The position numbers were made by a program, and so were the translations under genes. Below are positions 51,007 to 59,939 of a stretch of DNA of 64,000 bases, piece by piece. The notes beneath the pieces are model-generated. The model was not told the origin of the DNA, did not search any database, and saw only the letters and a list, made by a program, of their open reading frames with translations. Position 1 is the stretch's first letter. Each line of letters opens with the position of its first letter. The stretch comes from Escherichia phage vB_EcoM_PTE-Eco05. The stretch lies in the sequence record PQ306573.1; one strand, given 5' to 3'.

Positions 51007-51419
51007 TGAGATATAGCCTTCGTTGTTTTATTGCAGCTTTAGTTTTTGCCATCATTCCATTTATTTGGAACAACCAGAATACTTACATGGAAACTAAAGT
51101 AATTCCTGTGGAGGTAGTGGAATTAATTTCAGGTCAATCTACAGGAAAATATTCTAAATTAGAATTTATTGCCGTCTATAAAGATGAGCAAGGACGAGTT
51201 TTTGACAGGCGTGTATCACCTTCGTTTTATACGCTTCTGAATAAAGGTGATACGATAGCTATAGAAATTCGTGAGATGGATATCAAACAAACTACTAAAG
51301 ATAACCTGATTTGGTTCTTTGGTACGGTGTTGATGTTCTCTATCTGTATCACAGGTTTTATTACATGTATTGTATTTGGTGTTGCATATTTAATCGATGA
51401 AAGGAAAAATAATGTTTAA
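51006..51419 (+). CDS. membrane protein
   Basis: 137 aa; N- and C-terminal hydrophobic segments. Confidence 0.6.
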   Translation: MRYSLRCFIAALVFAIIPFIWNNQNTYMETKVIPVEVVELISGQSTGKYSKLEFIAVYKDEQGRVFDRRVSPSFYTLLNKGDTIAIEIREMDIKQTTKDNLIWFFGTVLMFSICITGFITCIVFGVAYLIDERKNNV

Positions 51420-51675
51420 AGTGTACGGGTATGACTCTACTATTCATAAATGCATTTATTGTGATAATGCGAAACGATTGCTGACTGTTAAGAAACAGCC
51501 ATTCGAATTCATTAATGTTATGCCAGAAAAAGGTGTGTTCGATGATGAGAAAATTGCTGAGCTTCTGGTTAAGCTTGGACGTGAATCACAAGTCGGATTG
51601 ACTATGCCTCAAGTGTTTGCTCCTGACGGAAGTCATATTGGTGGTTTTAATGAATTGCGAGAATATTTTAAATGA
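51412..51675 (+). CDS. nrdC: glutaredoxin/thioredoxin NrdC
   Basis: 87 aa from MFKVYGYDSTIHKCIYCDNAKRLL..., matches recalled T4 NrdC. Confidence 0.93.
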   Translation: MFKVYGYDSTIHKCIYCDNAKRLLTVKKQPFEFINVMPEKGVFDDEKIAELLVKLGRESQVGLTMPQVFAPDGSHIGGFNELREYFK

Positions 51676-52007
51676 ACGATATTGATTTCGCCAAAGCATA
51701 TAAATTTGTAGCAACTCTTCTCGGCCCTGACGCTCCTACTAAGCTTGAAGTTTTAAATTCTATTCCGACTTCATTGGTTCGAGATGCTGAAATATGGACA
51801 TGGGACGACCCGGCTGTTTGTGAAGACCTGTACATTCTGATGAATGACATGATGGTTAAAAAGCCTGAAACAATGGTTACCATTACCGTTGAAGAATATA
51901 ATCGCCTGCAAGCCATTGAAGAGCTTCTGTGGAACATTGAATCGGCTTTGCCATCCGGACTAGAATCCTGGATTGATTATGAAGAGCTCAATAAGCTCCG
52001 CGGTTAA
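51672..52007 (+). CDS. hypothetical protein
   Basis: 111-aa ORF. Confidence 0.6.
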   Translation: MNDIDFAKAYKFVATLLGPDAPTKLEVLNSIPTSLVRDAEIWTWDDPAVCEDLYILMNDMMVKKPETMVTITVEEYNRLQAIEELLWNIESALPSGLESWIDYEELNKLRG

Positions 52008-52056
52008 ACCGTGGTATTCGGCTCGATGGGAGACTGTCGAGCCAGACGTCGAAACG

Positions 52057-52086
52057 GTTTACAACGACGAAGAACCATGTTATGAT
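52057..52086 (+). promoter_or_regulatory. early promoter (GTTTAC-N18-TATGAT)
   Basis: Downstream of a GGCTCGA...TCGAGCC hairpin (52020-52042). Confidence 0.5.
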
Positions 52087-52135
52087 GAACCTTCAATAAA
52101 TGAATTAATTGATATGGAAATGGGAAGAGATTATT

Positions 52136-52306
52136 ATGCAAGTTAAATTACTGTACCGTTTATTAAAAAATGGCAAACATGATTGGTATTTGCTTATTAA
52201 AACCGATCCGAATTTTTTCTCTGGACAACCATTTACAGTTCGTCCTACTAAACGTCAGCTTCGCAAAGCTAAACGTTCTCATCGTAACTTTTATAACGTT
52301 TACTAA
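52136..52306 (+). CDS. small basic protein
   Basis: 56 aa from MQVKLLYRLL. Confidence 0.5.
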   Translation: MQVKLLYRLLKNGKHDWYLLIKTDPNFFSGQPFTVRPTKRQLRKAKRSHRNFYNVY

Positions 52307-52308
52307 AT

Positions 52309-52316
52309 TATAAATA
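52309..52316 (+). promoter_or_regulatory. T4-type late promoter TATAAATA for gene 49
   Basis: Exact TATAAATA 30 bp upstream of ATG 52346; followed by CCCTTA...TAAGGG inverted repeat 52317-52339. Confidence 0.65.
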
Positions 52317-52345
52317 CCCTTATCTATTTAAGGTAAGGGTTTATC

Positions 52346-52819
52346 ATGCTATTATCAGGCGCAAAATATAAAGAAGAAAAACAAAAATTTTATGATGCAC
52401 AGAATGGTAAGTGTCCTATTTGCCGCCGTGAATTAGACCCTGATGTTCAAGGTAACCATCTTGACCACGACCACGAATTAAACGGGCCAAAAGCCGGTAG
52501 AGTTCGTGGATTACTCTGTAATCTGTGCAATGCAGCAGAAGGCCAAATGAAGCATAAGTTTAATCGTTCCGGACTTAAAGGACGTGATGTCGACTACCTC
52601 GAATGGCTTGAAGCTCTTCTTGCTTATTTGAAACAAGATTATTCTGATAATAATATCCATCCTAATTTTGTTCCAGACAAAACTAAAGAGTTCTCAAGAC
52701 TAGGTAAAGAGGAAATGATGGCTGAGATGCTTCAAAGAGGATTTGAATATAATGAATCTGATACTAAAACACAATTAATAGCTTCATTCAAAAAGCAGCT
52801 TAGAAAGAGTTTAAAATGA
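52346..52819 (+). CDS. 49: endonuclease VII (Holliday junction resolvase)
   Basis: 157 aa, MLLSGAKYKEEKQKFYDAQNGKCPICRREL...HLDHDHELNGPKAG..., close to recalled T4 gp49. Confidence 0.95.
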   Translation: MLLSGAKYKEEKQKFYDAQNGKCPICRRELDPDVQGNHLDHDHELNGPKAGRVRGLLCNLCNAAEGQMKHKFNRSGLKGRDVDYLEWLEALLAYLKQDYSDNNIHPNFVPDKTKEFSRLGKEEMMAEMLQRGFEYNESDTKTQLIASFKKQLRKSLK

Positions 52820-54633
52820 AAATTGAAAAAGAAATTGAAGGACTGATTCATAAAACTAATAAAGACCTTTTAAACGAGAATGCTAATAAAGATTCTCGTG
52901 TTTTTCCAACTCAACGGGACCTTATGGCTGGTATTGTGTCTAAGCACATTGCCAAAAATATGGTCCCGTCTTTTATTATGAATGCGCATGAAAGCGGAAT
53001 CATTCACATGCATGATATTGATTATTCTCCTGCTCTTCCATTTACTAATTGTTGTTTAGTAGATTTAAAAGGAATGCTTGAGAATGGATTTAAATTAGGC
53101 AATGCTCAAATTGAAACGCCTAAATCGATTGGTGTTGCTACTGCAATTATGGCACAAATTACTGCACAAGTTGCTTCACACCAGTATGGCGGAACTACAT
53201 TTGCGAATGTAGATAAAGTACTTTCTCCTTATGTTAAACGCACCTATGCAAAACATATTGAGGATGCAGAAAAATGGCAAATCGCTGATGCGTTGAATTA
53301 TGCTCAATCTAAAACAGAAAAAGACGTATACGATGCATTCCAAGCTTACGAATATGAAGTAAATACTCTCTTTAGTTCAAACGGGCAAACACCTTTTGTA
53401 ACAATTACATTTGGTACAGGAACTGACTGGACTGAACGAATGATTCAGAAAGCAATTCTGAAAAATCGTATTAAAGGTCTTGGTCGTGATGGGATAACTC
53501 CTATTTTTCCTAAACTTGTTATGTTTGTTGAAGAAGGTGTTAATCTTTATAAAGATGATCCGAACTATGATATTAAACAACTTGCGTTAGAATGTGCAAG
53601 CAAAAGAATGTATCCTGACATTATTTCGGTTAAGAATAATAAAGCTATTACCGGTTCTTCAGTTCCTGTTTCTCCGATGGGTTGTCGTAGTTTCTTGAGC
53701 GTATGGAAAGATTCGACTGGTAATGAAATTCTTGATGGACGTAATAATCTTGGTGTTGTAACACTGAATCTTCCTCGCATCGCGTTAGATTCTTATATTG
53801 GAACACAGTTCAATGAACAGAAATTTGTTGAGCTATTTAACGAACGAATGGACCTGTGTTTTGAAGCCTTGATGTGTAGAATTAGTTCTTTAAAGGGTGT
53901 TAAAGCTACTGTTGCTCCTATTCTTTACCAAGAAGGTGCATTCGGTGTTCGTCTTAAACCCGATGACGATATAATTGAGTTATTTAAAAACGGTAGAAGT
54001 TCAGTTTCCCTAGGATACATTGGTATTCACGAATTGAATATTCTTGTCGGTCGTGATATTGGACGAGAAATTTTGACTAAAATGAATGCTCATCTTAAAC
54101 AGTGGACTGAAAGAACTGGATTTGCTTTTAGTTTATATTCTACTCCTGCTGAAAACCTTTGTTATCGCTTCTGTAAACTTGATACAGAAAAATATGGAAG
54201 CGTAAAAGATGTTACCGATAAAGGTTGGTACACTAATAGTTTCCATGTTTCAGTAGAAGAAAATATTACTCCGTTTGAAAAGATTTCTCGTGAAGCACCA
54301 TATCATTTCATTGCGACCGGCGGTCACATTTCTTATGTTGAACTTCCTGATATGAAAAATAACTTAAAGGGCCTTGAGGCTGTATGGGATTATGCTGCAC
54401 AACATTTAGATTATTTTGGTGTTAACATGCCGGTAGATAAATGTTTTACATGTGGAAGTACCCATGAAATGTCTCCTACCGAAAACGGATTTGTTTGTTC
54501 AGTTTGTGGAGAAAGTGATCCTAAAAAGATGAACACAATAAGAAGAACATGCGGATATCTTGGAACTCCTAGCGTTGTTCCATGGAATTTAGGTAAAATG
54601 AAAGAAATGGTAAAACGAGTAAAACATGCATAG
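52816..54633 (+). CDS. nrdD: anaerobic ribonucleoside-triphosphate reductase
   Basis: 605-aa uninterrupted ORF; C-terminal zinc-ribbon Cys cluster (CFTCGS...CSVCGE) and glycyl-radical region. Confidence 0.93.
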   Translation: MKIEKEIEGLIHKTNKDLLNENANKDSRVFPTQRDLMAGIVSKHIAKNMVPSFIMNAHESGIIHMHDIDYSPALPFTNCCLVDLKGMLENGFKLGNAQIETPKSIGVATAIMAQITAQVASHQYGGTTFANVDKVLSPYVKRTYAKHIEDAEKWQIADALNYAQSKTEKDVYDAFQAYEYEVNTLFSSNGQTPFVTITFGTGTDWTERMIQKAILKNRIKGLGRDGITPIFPKLVMFVEEGVNLYKDDPNYDIKQLALECASKRMYPDIISVKNNKAITGSSVPVSPMGCRSFLSVWKDSTGNEILDGRNNLGVVTLNLPRIALDSYIGTQFNEQKFVELFNERMDLCFEALMCRISSLKGVKATVAPILYQEGAFGVRLKPDDDIIELFKNGRSSVSLGYIGIHELNILVGRDIGREILTKMNAHLKQWTERTGFAFSLYSTPAENLCYRFCKLDTEKYGSVKDVTDKGWYTNSFHVSVEENITPFEKISREAPYHFIATGGHISYVELPDMKNNLKGLEAVWDYAAQHLDYFGVNMPVDKCFTCGSTHEMSPTENGFVCSVCGESDPKKMNTIRRTCGYLGTPSVVPWNLGKMKEMVKRVKHA

Positions 54634-55456
54634 GTATTATATAATTTATAAAATAACAAATATAATTAATTCAAAGGAATATATCGGTGCTATGCGCACC
54701 GATAACATAAATGATGGTTATATGGGGTCAGGAACATTGATTCGTGCCGCTTTATTAAAATATGGTAGAAAAAATTTTAATAAAGAAATTTTACATGTTT
54801 TTGATAATGAAAAACAAATGTATGATAAAGAAGCTGAACTTGTAACCGAAGAGTATTGTCTAAAAGAAAATACATATAATATTAAACCTGGTGGAAAAGG
54901 TGGAACTGCCTATGAACAGACACTTGAACATCGCCGTAAAAATAGTTTAGCAAATAAAGGTAAAAAGAGAACAGAAGAAACTAAAATAGCTATTTCACGT
55001 GCTTTAAAGAAATATAAACGTACGCCAGAGCATCAAGCAAATTTAAATAAAGCCGTAAGCATAGCTATGAAGCGAAAAGATGTTAGAAGTAAATTAGCTG
55101 GAGAGCGGTCTGAGAAAGATAAATTATCTATATCAAACGGTGTTAAAAAATATTACAATTCTTTGAGTGAAGAAGAACGCGAACTTCATCGCAAGCGAAT
55201 TATTGAAGGTAAAAAGAATTCTCCCATGTCATTGGAATCTAGACAAAAGCTTTCAAAAGCTTTAAAAGGGCTTCAAGTTGGTTCAAAAAATCCAATGTAT
55301 GGAAAAATTTCTCCAACTAGCAAAACCGTTTCAGTTGACGGTATTAAATATGATTCAATTAAAAAGTGCTCAAATGCCATAAAAGTTTCTAGACATCTTA
55401 TACTAAAACGCTGTAATTCTACTGATGAAGCTTGGAAAAATTGGATATTATTATGA
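54626..55456 (+). CDS. free-standing GIY-YIG homing endonuclease (seg-like)
   Basis: N-terminal YIIYKITN...KEYIGAM GIY-YIG motif; repeated NUMOD3-like ETKIAISRALK / RQKLSKALKG; overlaps nrdD end and nrdG start. Confidence 0.85.
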   Translation: MHRYYIIYKITNIINSKEYIGAMRTDNINDGYMGSGTLIRAALLKYGRKNFNKEILHVFDNEKQMYDKEAELVTEEYCLKENTYNIKPGGKGGTAYEQTLEHRRKNSLANKGKKRTEETKIAISRALKKYKRTPEHQANLNKAVSIAMKRKDVRSKLAGERSEKDKLSISNGVKKYYNSLSEEERELHRKRIIEGKKNSPMSLESRQKLSKALKGLQVGSKNPMYGKISPTSKTVSVDGIKYDSIKKCSNAIKVSRHLILKRCNSTDEAWKNWILL

Positions 55457-55923
55457 ATTATGACAGAATATACCCGTGCTGCTTTGTTAATGGTCCTGGA
55501 TGCAGGACAGTTCTTTTCGTTACAGGTTGTTTGCATAAATGCGAAGGGTGTTATAATAAATCAACATGGAATGCTAGAAATGGTGTTCCATTCACTAGTG
55601 AAACACTAGAACAATTGATTGAATGTTTGAATAATGATTATATAGAAGGATTAACTATAACCGGAGGAGACCCTCTCTATCCTGATAACCGAGATGTTAT
55701 TCATCGCATTGCTCAAACAGTAAAAAATCTTTATCCCAATAAAAGCATTTGGATGTGGACAGGATATAAGTTTGAAGATATTAAACAACTAGAAATGCTT
55801 AAATATGTTGATGTTATTATTGATGGGAAGTATGAGAAAAATCTTCCGACTAAAAAGCTGTGGCGAGGATCAGATAATCAGCGACTTTGGTCAAATACCG
55901 ATGGGGTGTGGAAACATGATTAA
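55453..55923 (+). CDS. nrdG: anaerobic RNR activating enzyme
   Basis: 156 aa from MNYDRIYPCCFVNGPGCRTVLFVTGCLHKCEGC..., matches recalled T4 NrdG. Confidence 0.93.
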   Translation: MNYDRIYPCCFVNGPGCRTVLFVTGCLHKCEGCYNKSTWNARNGVPFTSETLEQLIECLNNDYIEGLTITGGDPLYPDNRDVIHRIAQTVKNLYPNKSIWMWTGYKFEDIKQLEMLKYVDVIIDGKYEKNLPTKKLWRGSDNQRLWSNTDGVWKHD

Positions 55924-56033
55924 ATTGAATTACATTATGGATACTATAAATGATATGATTTTTCGTTTTGGTCCAGAATTTTATTCGCAATATAGTTTAG
56001 TGCTTATCAATGCTTAGTTAATTAAGGGCAAAT

Positions 56034-56246
56034 ATGTATAAATTTCGTAAAGGTTTAGCTGATTTTCTTACAACTGTAACGTTCTTTTTGTTTATGGCAG
56101 TTGGAGCTATTTTTCTTATTCCTTTTACTGGTGTATTTTTCGTGATTAGTTTAATTTCTCCGGAAAAGGGTTTATCCTCCAGCGAATTCAATGAACGTTT
56201 GGACAAAATTACTAATAAACTGAATTCTGTTCTTGGCAAGGAATAA
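56034..56246 (+). CDS. small membrane protein
   Basis: 70 aa, two hydrophobic helices. Confidence 0.55.
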   Translation: MYKFRKGLADFLTTVTFFLFMAVGAIFLIPFTGVFFVISLISPEKGLSSSEFNERLDKITNKLNSVLGKE

Positions 56247-56248
56247 TT

Positions 56249-56557
56249 GTGGAACACAACAAGATTGAAATTTATGGCATCCCTGAAGAAGTTGGACGTT
56301 GTCCAGGATGTTATACTGTTACAAAACTTTTAAAGGAGCTCAATGCTCCTTATACATTTTATAAAGTCCTCACTAATAATGGTAAGATTGAATACGACCG
56401 TCCTTTAATCGTATCTCTTGCTAAACGTGCAGGATTCACTTCACTTAATATTCGTTATCCTGTCATATTTTTAAATGATAAGAAACAAAAGAATATTGCA
56501 GAGTTTAAAAAGTCCTTGATTTCATTAGGATATGACTCTGATATCATAGAAGATTGA
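56249..56557 (+). CDS. glutaredoxin/thioredoxin-fold protein (NrdH-like)
   Basis: CPGC active-site motif near N-terminus; 102 aa; next to nrdG. Confidence 0.7.
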   Translation: MEHNKIEIYGIPEEVGRCPGCYTVTKLLKELNAPYTFYKVLTNNGKIEYDRPLIVSLAKRAGFTSLNIRYPVIFLNDKKQKNIAEFKKSLISLGYDSDIIED

Positions 56558-56724
56558 CCAGGTGCCGCCTGGTCTTCTTTATCTCATTTCTAATATAATC
56601 CATTGGAATCTTCACTTCACTATCTCCTTGGGCCCCTCTCAAATAAAAAATATTTTCATAAAACAGTTTTACATCCTCAATAGATGTGTTAAGATTAACA
56701 CCATCTACCGCAGAGGAAAACAAA

Positions 56725-56973
56725 ATGATTAGTCTGAATTCGAAGAAAGTTGTTCTATCTCTTAATGTAAATAACGAACGTCCGATATTCATTACCATTT
56801 CCGATTTGAACGTTGAAATTGCTAATGGCATCCGTACTTATCAAACGTCTAAAACACATTGGGACTATATCCCGATGTTGACGCTTACTCAGCGTTTAGA
56901 AGCAATTGGCCTTAAAGACCTTTCAGTAAGTGAAGTGAATTTTATCAAACGCGTTGTATCAATCAACCTCTGA
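56725..56973 (+). CDS. hypothetical protein
   Basis: 82 aa from MISLNSKKV after AGAGGA. Confidence 0.5.
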   Translation: MISLNSKKVVLSLNVNNERPIFITISDLNVEIANGIRTYQTSKTHWDYIPMLTLTQRLEAIGLKDLSVSEVNFIKRVVSINL

Positions 56974-56980
56974 GGTAGCT

Positions 56981-57274
56981 ATGGGTAAAACATATCGTCG
57001 TAAAGATTTGAAAGTTCGCGATTATGACTATTTTGGTAAGCGTAAAGCTCCTGACGGTGTTAGCCACAAAGACATGGTTGAAAACATTTTCCGCTCAGAT
57101 AAATGGAAACGTATGAAAGGCGTTGATTCTGAAGTCAAGAATGAAATGAATCGACAACTCCGCAAAGAAGTTCGTAAGTTGAAAAAAGATGTTTACAGTA
57201 AAGAAGAGTATGATTATAATACTTCTCATACTGAAGCCAAACGTAAAGCTAACGAATGTTATCGTTACAGTTGA
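56981..57274 (+). CDS. small basic protein
   Basis: 97 aa from MGKTYRRKDLK; Lys/Arg-rich. Confidence 0.5.
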   Translation: MGKTYRRKDLKVRDYDYFGKRKAPDGVSHKDMVENIFRSDKWKRMKGVDSEVKNEMNRQLRKEVRKLKKDVYSKEEYDYNTSHTEAKRKANECYRYS

Positions 57275-57412
57275 GGAAATTATGAATATCAAACGAATGC
57301 TTTTTAAGAAGGGATTATACACTTTAAATGTTAATCCAAAGGGTGATACAACTAAATGGTCTGTAAATGACTGAATTAAGTTCATCGATGAAAATGGGGC
57401 CTGGGACACAAA

Positions 57413-57613
57413 ATGAATCCTGAATCTATGTTATCGCAAAAGCTTCGTGAAGAACGTGCCGAATTCTTTGCCAATATGAAACTCAACGGCGTTGAGGATG
57501 AAGACTTCTTACGCTGGTTCTGGATTTACAAATACAAAGAATGCCAGCACGCTGTACTACTGACTTGTGCAGTTATGTACGAAGGCTGGAAAGGCGCTAA
57601 AAAGTTCGGATAA
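57413..57613 (+). CDS. small hypothetical protein
   Basis: 66-aa ORF. Confidence 0.5.
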   Translation: MNPESMLSQKLREERAEFFANMKLNGVEDEDFLRWFWIYKYKECQHAVLLTCAVMYEGWKGAKKFG

Positions 57614-57615
57614 CG

Positions 57616-57663
57616 ATTTACAAACTCTTGAGAGCAGAGTATAATGCTCTCATTGGATAATAA
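57616..57663 (+). repeat. 48-bp exact repeat copy 2 (promoter cassette)
   Basis: Identical to 29023..29070. Confidence 0.85.
57617..57652 (+). promoter_or_regulatory. early promoter (TTTACA-N17-TATAAT), second copy of the 48-bp repeat
   Basis: -35 57617-57622, -10 57640-57645; sequence identical to 29023-29070. Confidence 0.7.
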
Positions 57664-57682
57664 AATAACCGAGGAAAATAAT

Positions 57683-58015
57683 ATGTCTACTAAAATCAAA
57701 AACGTAGTTAATTCTTTCGCTTTCGATAAAGTTGTTGCTCTTCTGGAATCCGGCAATATTGTTACTCCTCAAGTTCTTGACGCATGGGAATTCCGTCTTT
57801 ATGAAATCATGCAAAAACACGACCAGAAAATTGGACGTAATTCTATTCGCGAAATTCTAGTACAATATATTCTTTCTGAATTTGACGTTGCTGCATTTGG
57901 TGTTGAATCTAAAGCTTATCAGAAACATGAAATCTCTGAAAAGACTATCCGTCGTATGAAAAATCAGCGTAAGAAAAAATTCGTTGACCTGAAAATTGTT
58001 AAGGCGGCAAAATGA
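57683..58015 (+). CDS. hypothetical protein
   Basis: 110 aa from MSTKIKNVVNS after GAGGA. Confidence 0.6.
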   Translation: MSTKIKNVVNSFAFDKVVALLESGNIVTPQVLDAWEFRLYEIMQKHDQKIGRNSIREILVQYILSEFDVAAFGVESKAYQKHEISEKTIRRMKNQRKKKFVDLKIVKAAK

Positions 58016-58239
58016 GCGTATTAACAGAAACTTTGATTAATGACCTGCGTCTAGCTGGTTACGAAGTTGGTACAAATAGCCTAGGTCTTCCTCAGATTGA
58101 AGGTCCTGGATTTATTCTTGAATATGAATTCAAACAATGGTGGTTATATGCTACGGTTGACGATGCGTTAAATATTGATTTTGTTGACCAATTTGATTCG
58201 TTGGATGCTGCCTTATTTGCAGCAAAGGAAATAGAATGA
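58012..58239 (+). CDS. small acidic hypothetical protein
   Basis: 75-aa ORF overlapping previous stop. Confidence 0.55.
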   Translation: MSVLTETLINDLRLAGYEVGTNSLGLPQIEGPGFILEYEFKQWWLYATVDDALNIDFVDQFDSLDAALFAAKEIE

Positions 58240-58394
58240 AACTATCTTGAATCGCTATAACCGAAGAAAAGTTTGGTGAATTTTAAGTCGACAACTTTAT
58301 GAAAGTTACGTATCTTTGATAGTATCTCGTGCTTTAAGATAGGTCTCTAAATATTATGATATAATAGACCTATGAATTGAGCCAAGAGGTACTT

Positions 58395-58952
58395 ATGACT
58401 GAACAAAAACCTAAAAATAACTATGTGAATAATAAAGAGCTTCTCGCCGCTATAATCGAGTGGAAAAAGGAGCTCTTAAATAATAAAGACCCAAACAAAA
58501 TTATTCGTCAGAATGATACCATCGGTTTAGCAATTATGCTTATCGCCGAAGGCCTGTCCAAACGTTTCAACTTTTCAGGATATACCCAGTCTTGGAAGCA
58601 GGAGATGATTGCAGATGGGATTGAAGCCTCTATTAAGGGACTTCATAATTTCGACGAAACTAAGTATAATAACCCACATGCATACATAACTCGAGCTTGT
58701 TTTAATGCTTTTGTCCAACGTATCAAAAAAGAACGTAAGGAAGTTGCAAAGAAATATAGTTACTTCGTTCATAATGTCTACGACAGTCATGACGATGATA
58801 TGGTAGCGTTAGTAGATGAAACGTTTATTCAAGACATCTACGATAAAATGACGCATTATGAAGAATCCGCTTATAAAGCTCCTGGGGCTGAAAAGAAGGA
58901 AGTTGTTAGCGATTCGCCTAGTTTGGATTTTTTATATGAGGATGACAATTGA
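58395..58952 (+). CDS. 55: late-transcription sigma factor gp55
   Basis: 185 aa from [27 protein letters not shown]..., matches recalled T4 gp55. Confidence 0.93.
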   Translation: MTEQKPKNNYVNNKELLAAIIEWKKELLNNKDPNKIIRQNDTIGLAIMLIAEGLSKRFNFSGYTQSWKQEMIADGIEASIKGLHNFDETKYNNPHAYITRACFNAFVQRIKKERKEVAKKYSYFVHNVYDSHDDDMVALVDETFIQDIYDKMTHYEESAYKAPGAEKKEVVSDSPSLDFLYEDDN

Positions 58953-59151
58953 CATCTCTAACTACTTAGAAGAACCTTTTGACGAAGCAATCCCTTATTT
59001 GGTAAAACTGTTGGGTCGTGAATTTAAAATTAATTTTGACATCGACCCTTTGAACCCACATGACGTGTCATTTTCGATAAATGGGACTCCGGTTGAGTAT
59101 GAGTTCTGTATTGAAGAGGATGGACGTTTTTATTTTAATTTAATGAGATAA
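58936..59151 (+). CDS. small hypothetical protein
   Basis: About 71 aa; start uncertain (58936 or 58942); overlaps end of gene 55. Confidence 0.35.
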   Translation: MRMTIDISNYLEEPFDEAIPYLVKLLGREFKINFDIDPLNPHDVSFSINGTPVEYEFCIEEDGRFYFNLMR

Positions 59152-59152
59152 T

Positions 59153-59476
59153 ATGACTACCGAGATTATTGAAAATAAAGAAGCAGAAGATGCAGTAGCT
59201 AAAATGCTACAAGAAATCCAAAAGAAAAATGAAGCTGAAGCACGTAAAAAATCCGAAAAGATTCTTAAAAAGAATCGTTTTGAACTAAACCGTCTTTATG
59301 CTCATGCTCAAGAAGCAGCAATTCAAAACAACTTCGAAGCTTACGAATATGCTATTAAGAAATCTCGGGATATTCTACGACAACCATACAATGACAAGTT
59401 AATTAAAATCCAATGGGTTACTACTCGTCAGGCTATTGAGGACATCATTAATGGCGCTAGTTCAAACAAAGTTTAA
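59153..59476 (+). CDS. hypothetical coiled-coil protein
   Basis: 107-aa ORF. Confidence 0.55.
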   Translation: MTTEIIENKEAEDAVAKMLQEIQKKNEAEARKKSEKILKKNRFELNRLYAHAQEAAIQNNFEAYEYAIKKSRDILRQPYNDKLIKIQWVTTRQAIEDIINGASSNKV

Positions 59477-59657
59477 ACGTCTGAAGCTGAACGCAGGGTT
59501 CACCCTTAAATTGGGAGGTCCTCTTTGTGTTAAAATTTCTGAAAAGGAATATCACGACGGTTCTATTACAGAAATTTGTCCGCCTATTGTAAAGGCAGAC
59601 CCAAAACAACTCGTGTGGGTCGATTCATTTCAAGTTAAGAAATGGTGGAAACGATGA
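59451..59657 (+). CDS. small hypothetical protein
   Basis: 68 aa from MALVQTKFKR. Confidence 0.45.
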   Translation: MALVQTKFKRLKLNAGFTLKLGGPLCVKISEKEYHDGSITEICPPIVKADPKQLVWVDSFQVKKWWKR

Positions 59658-59696
59658 GAGAAATTGATTTAGGCATTTTCTGAGAGGTGCTTATGC

Positions 59697-59870
59697 ATGA
59701 CGAACATCCCGACTTCTGAAAATTTCGATAAAATCCGTAAAGGCAAAGCAGAAAGAATGAGACGTTTTAAAGAGTCTTATGATAAAGCTAAAGCCGAAGG
59801 AACTATTACATACAAGCCCATTCGATTTAAAAGTTCAAATGAGCCTCTGTACGGTGTACTATGTGGATAG
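59697..59870 (+). CDS. small basic protein (unannotated 57-aa ORF)
   Basis: MTNIPTSENFDKIRKGKAERMRRFKESYDK...; GAGGTG upstream; followed by a terminator. Confidence 0.45.
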   Translation: MTNIPTSENFDKIRKGKAERMRRFKESYDKAKAEGTITYKPIRFKSSNEPLYGVLCG

Positions 59871-59893
59871 GAACTCTTCGGAGTTCCTTTTTT
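59870..59893 (+). terminator. rho-independent terminator
   Basis: GGAACTC-TTCG-GAGTTCC followed by TTTTTT. Confidence 0.8.
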
Positions 59894-59939
59894 GCTTTAT
59901 AAACGGATGATAGAATGAATTAACTAATGAGGAAATAAT

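Noticed and set aside
52816-54633. Group I intron in nrdD, as present in T4
   Set aside because: The ORF is continuous at 605 aa with no internal stop or frame break
24030-58380. Possible CRISPR array suggested by the many repeats of about 30-35 bp
   Set aside because: Repeats are irregularly spaced, each sits just upstream of a gene start, and each contains -35/-10 promoter hexamers; they are promoter cassettes, not CRISPR repeats
58953-59939. Alpha-glucosyltransferase gene expected between 55 and 47 by analogy with T4
   Set aside because: Only small ORFs occupy this interval; absence is noted, but whether the gene lies elsewhere in the genome cannot be judged from this window
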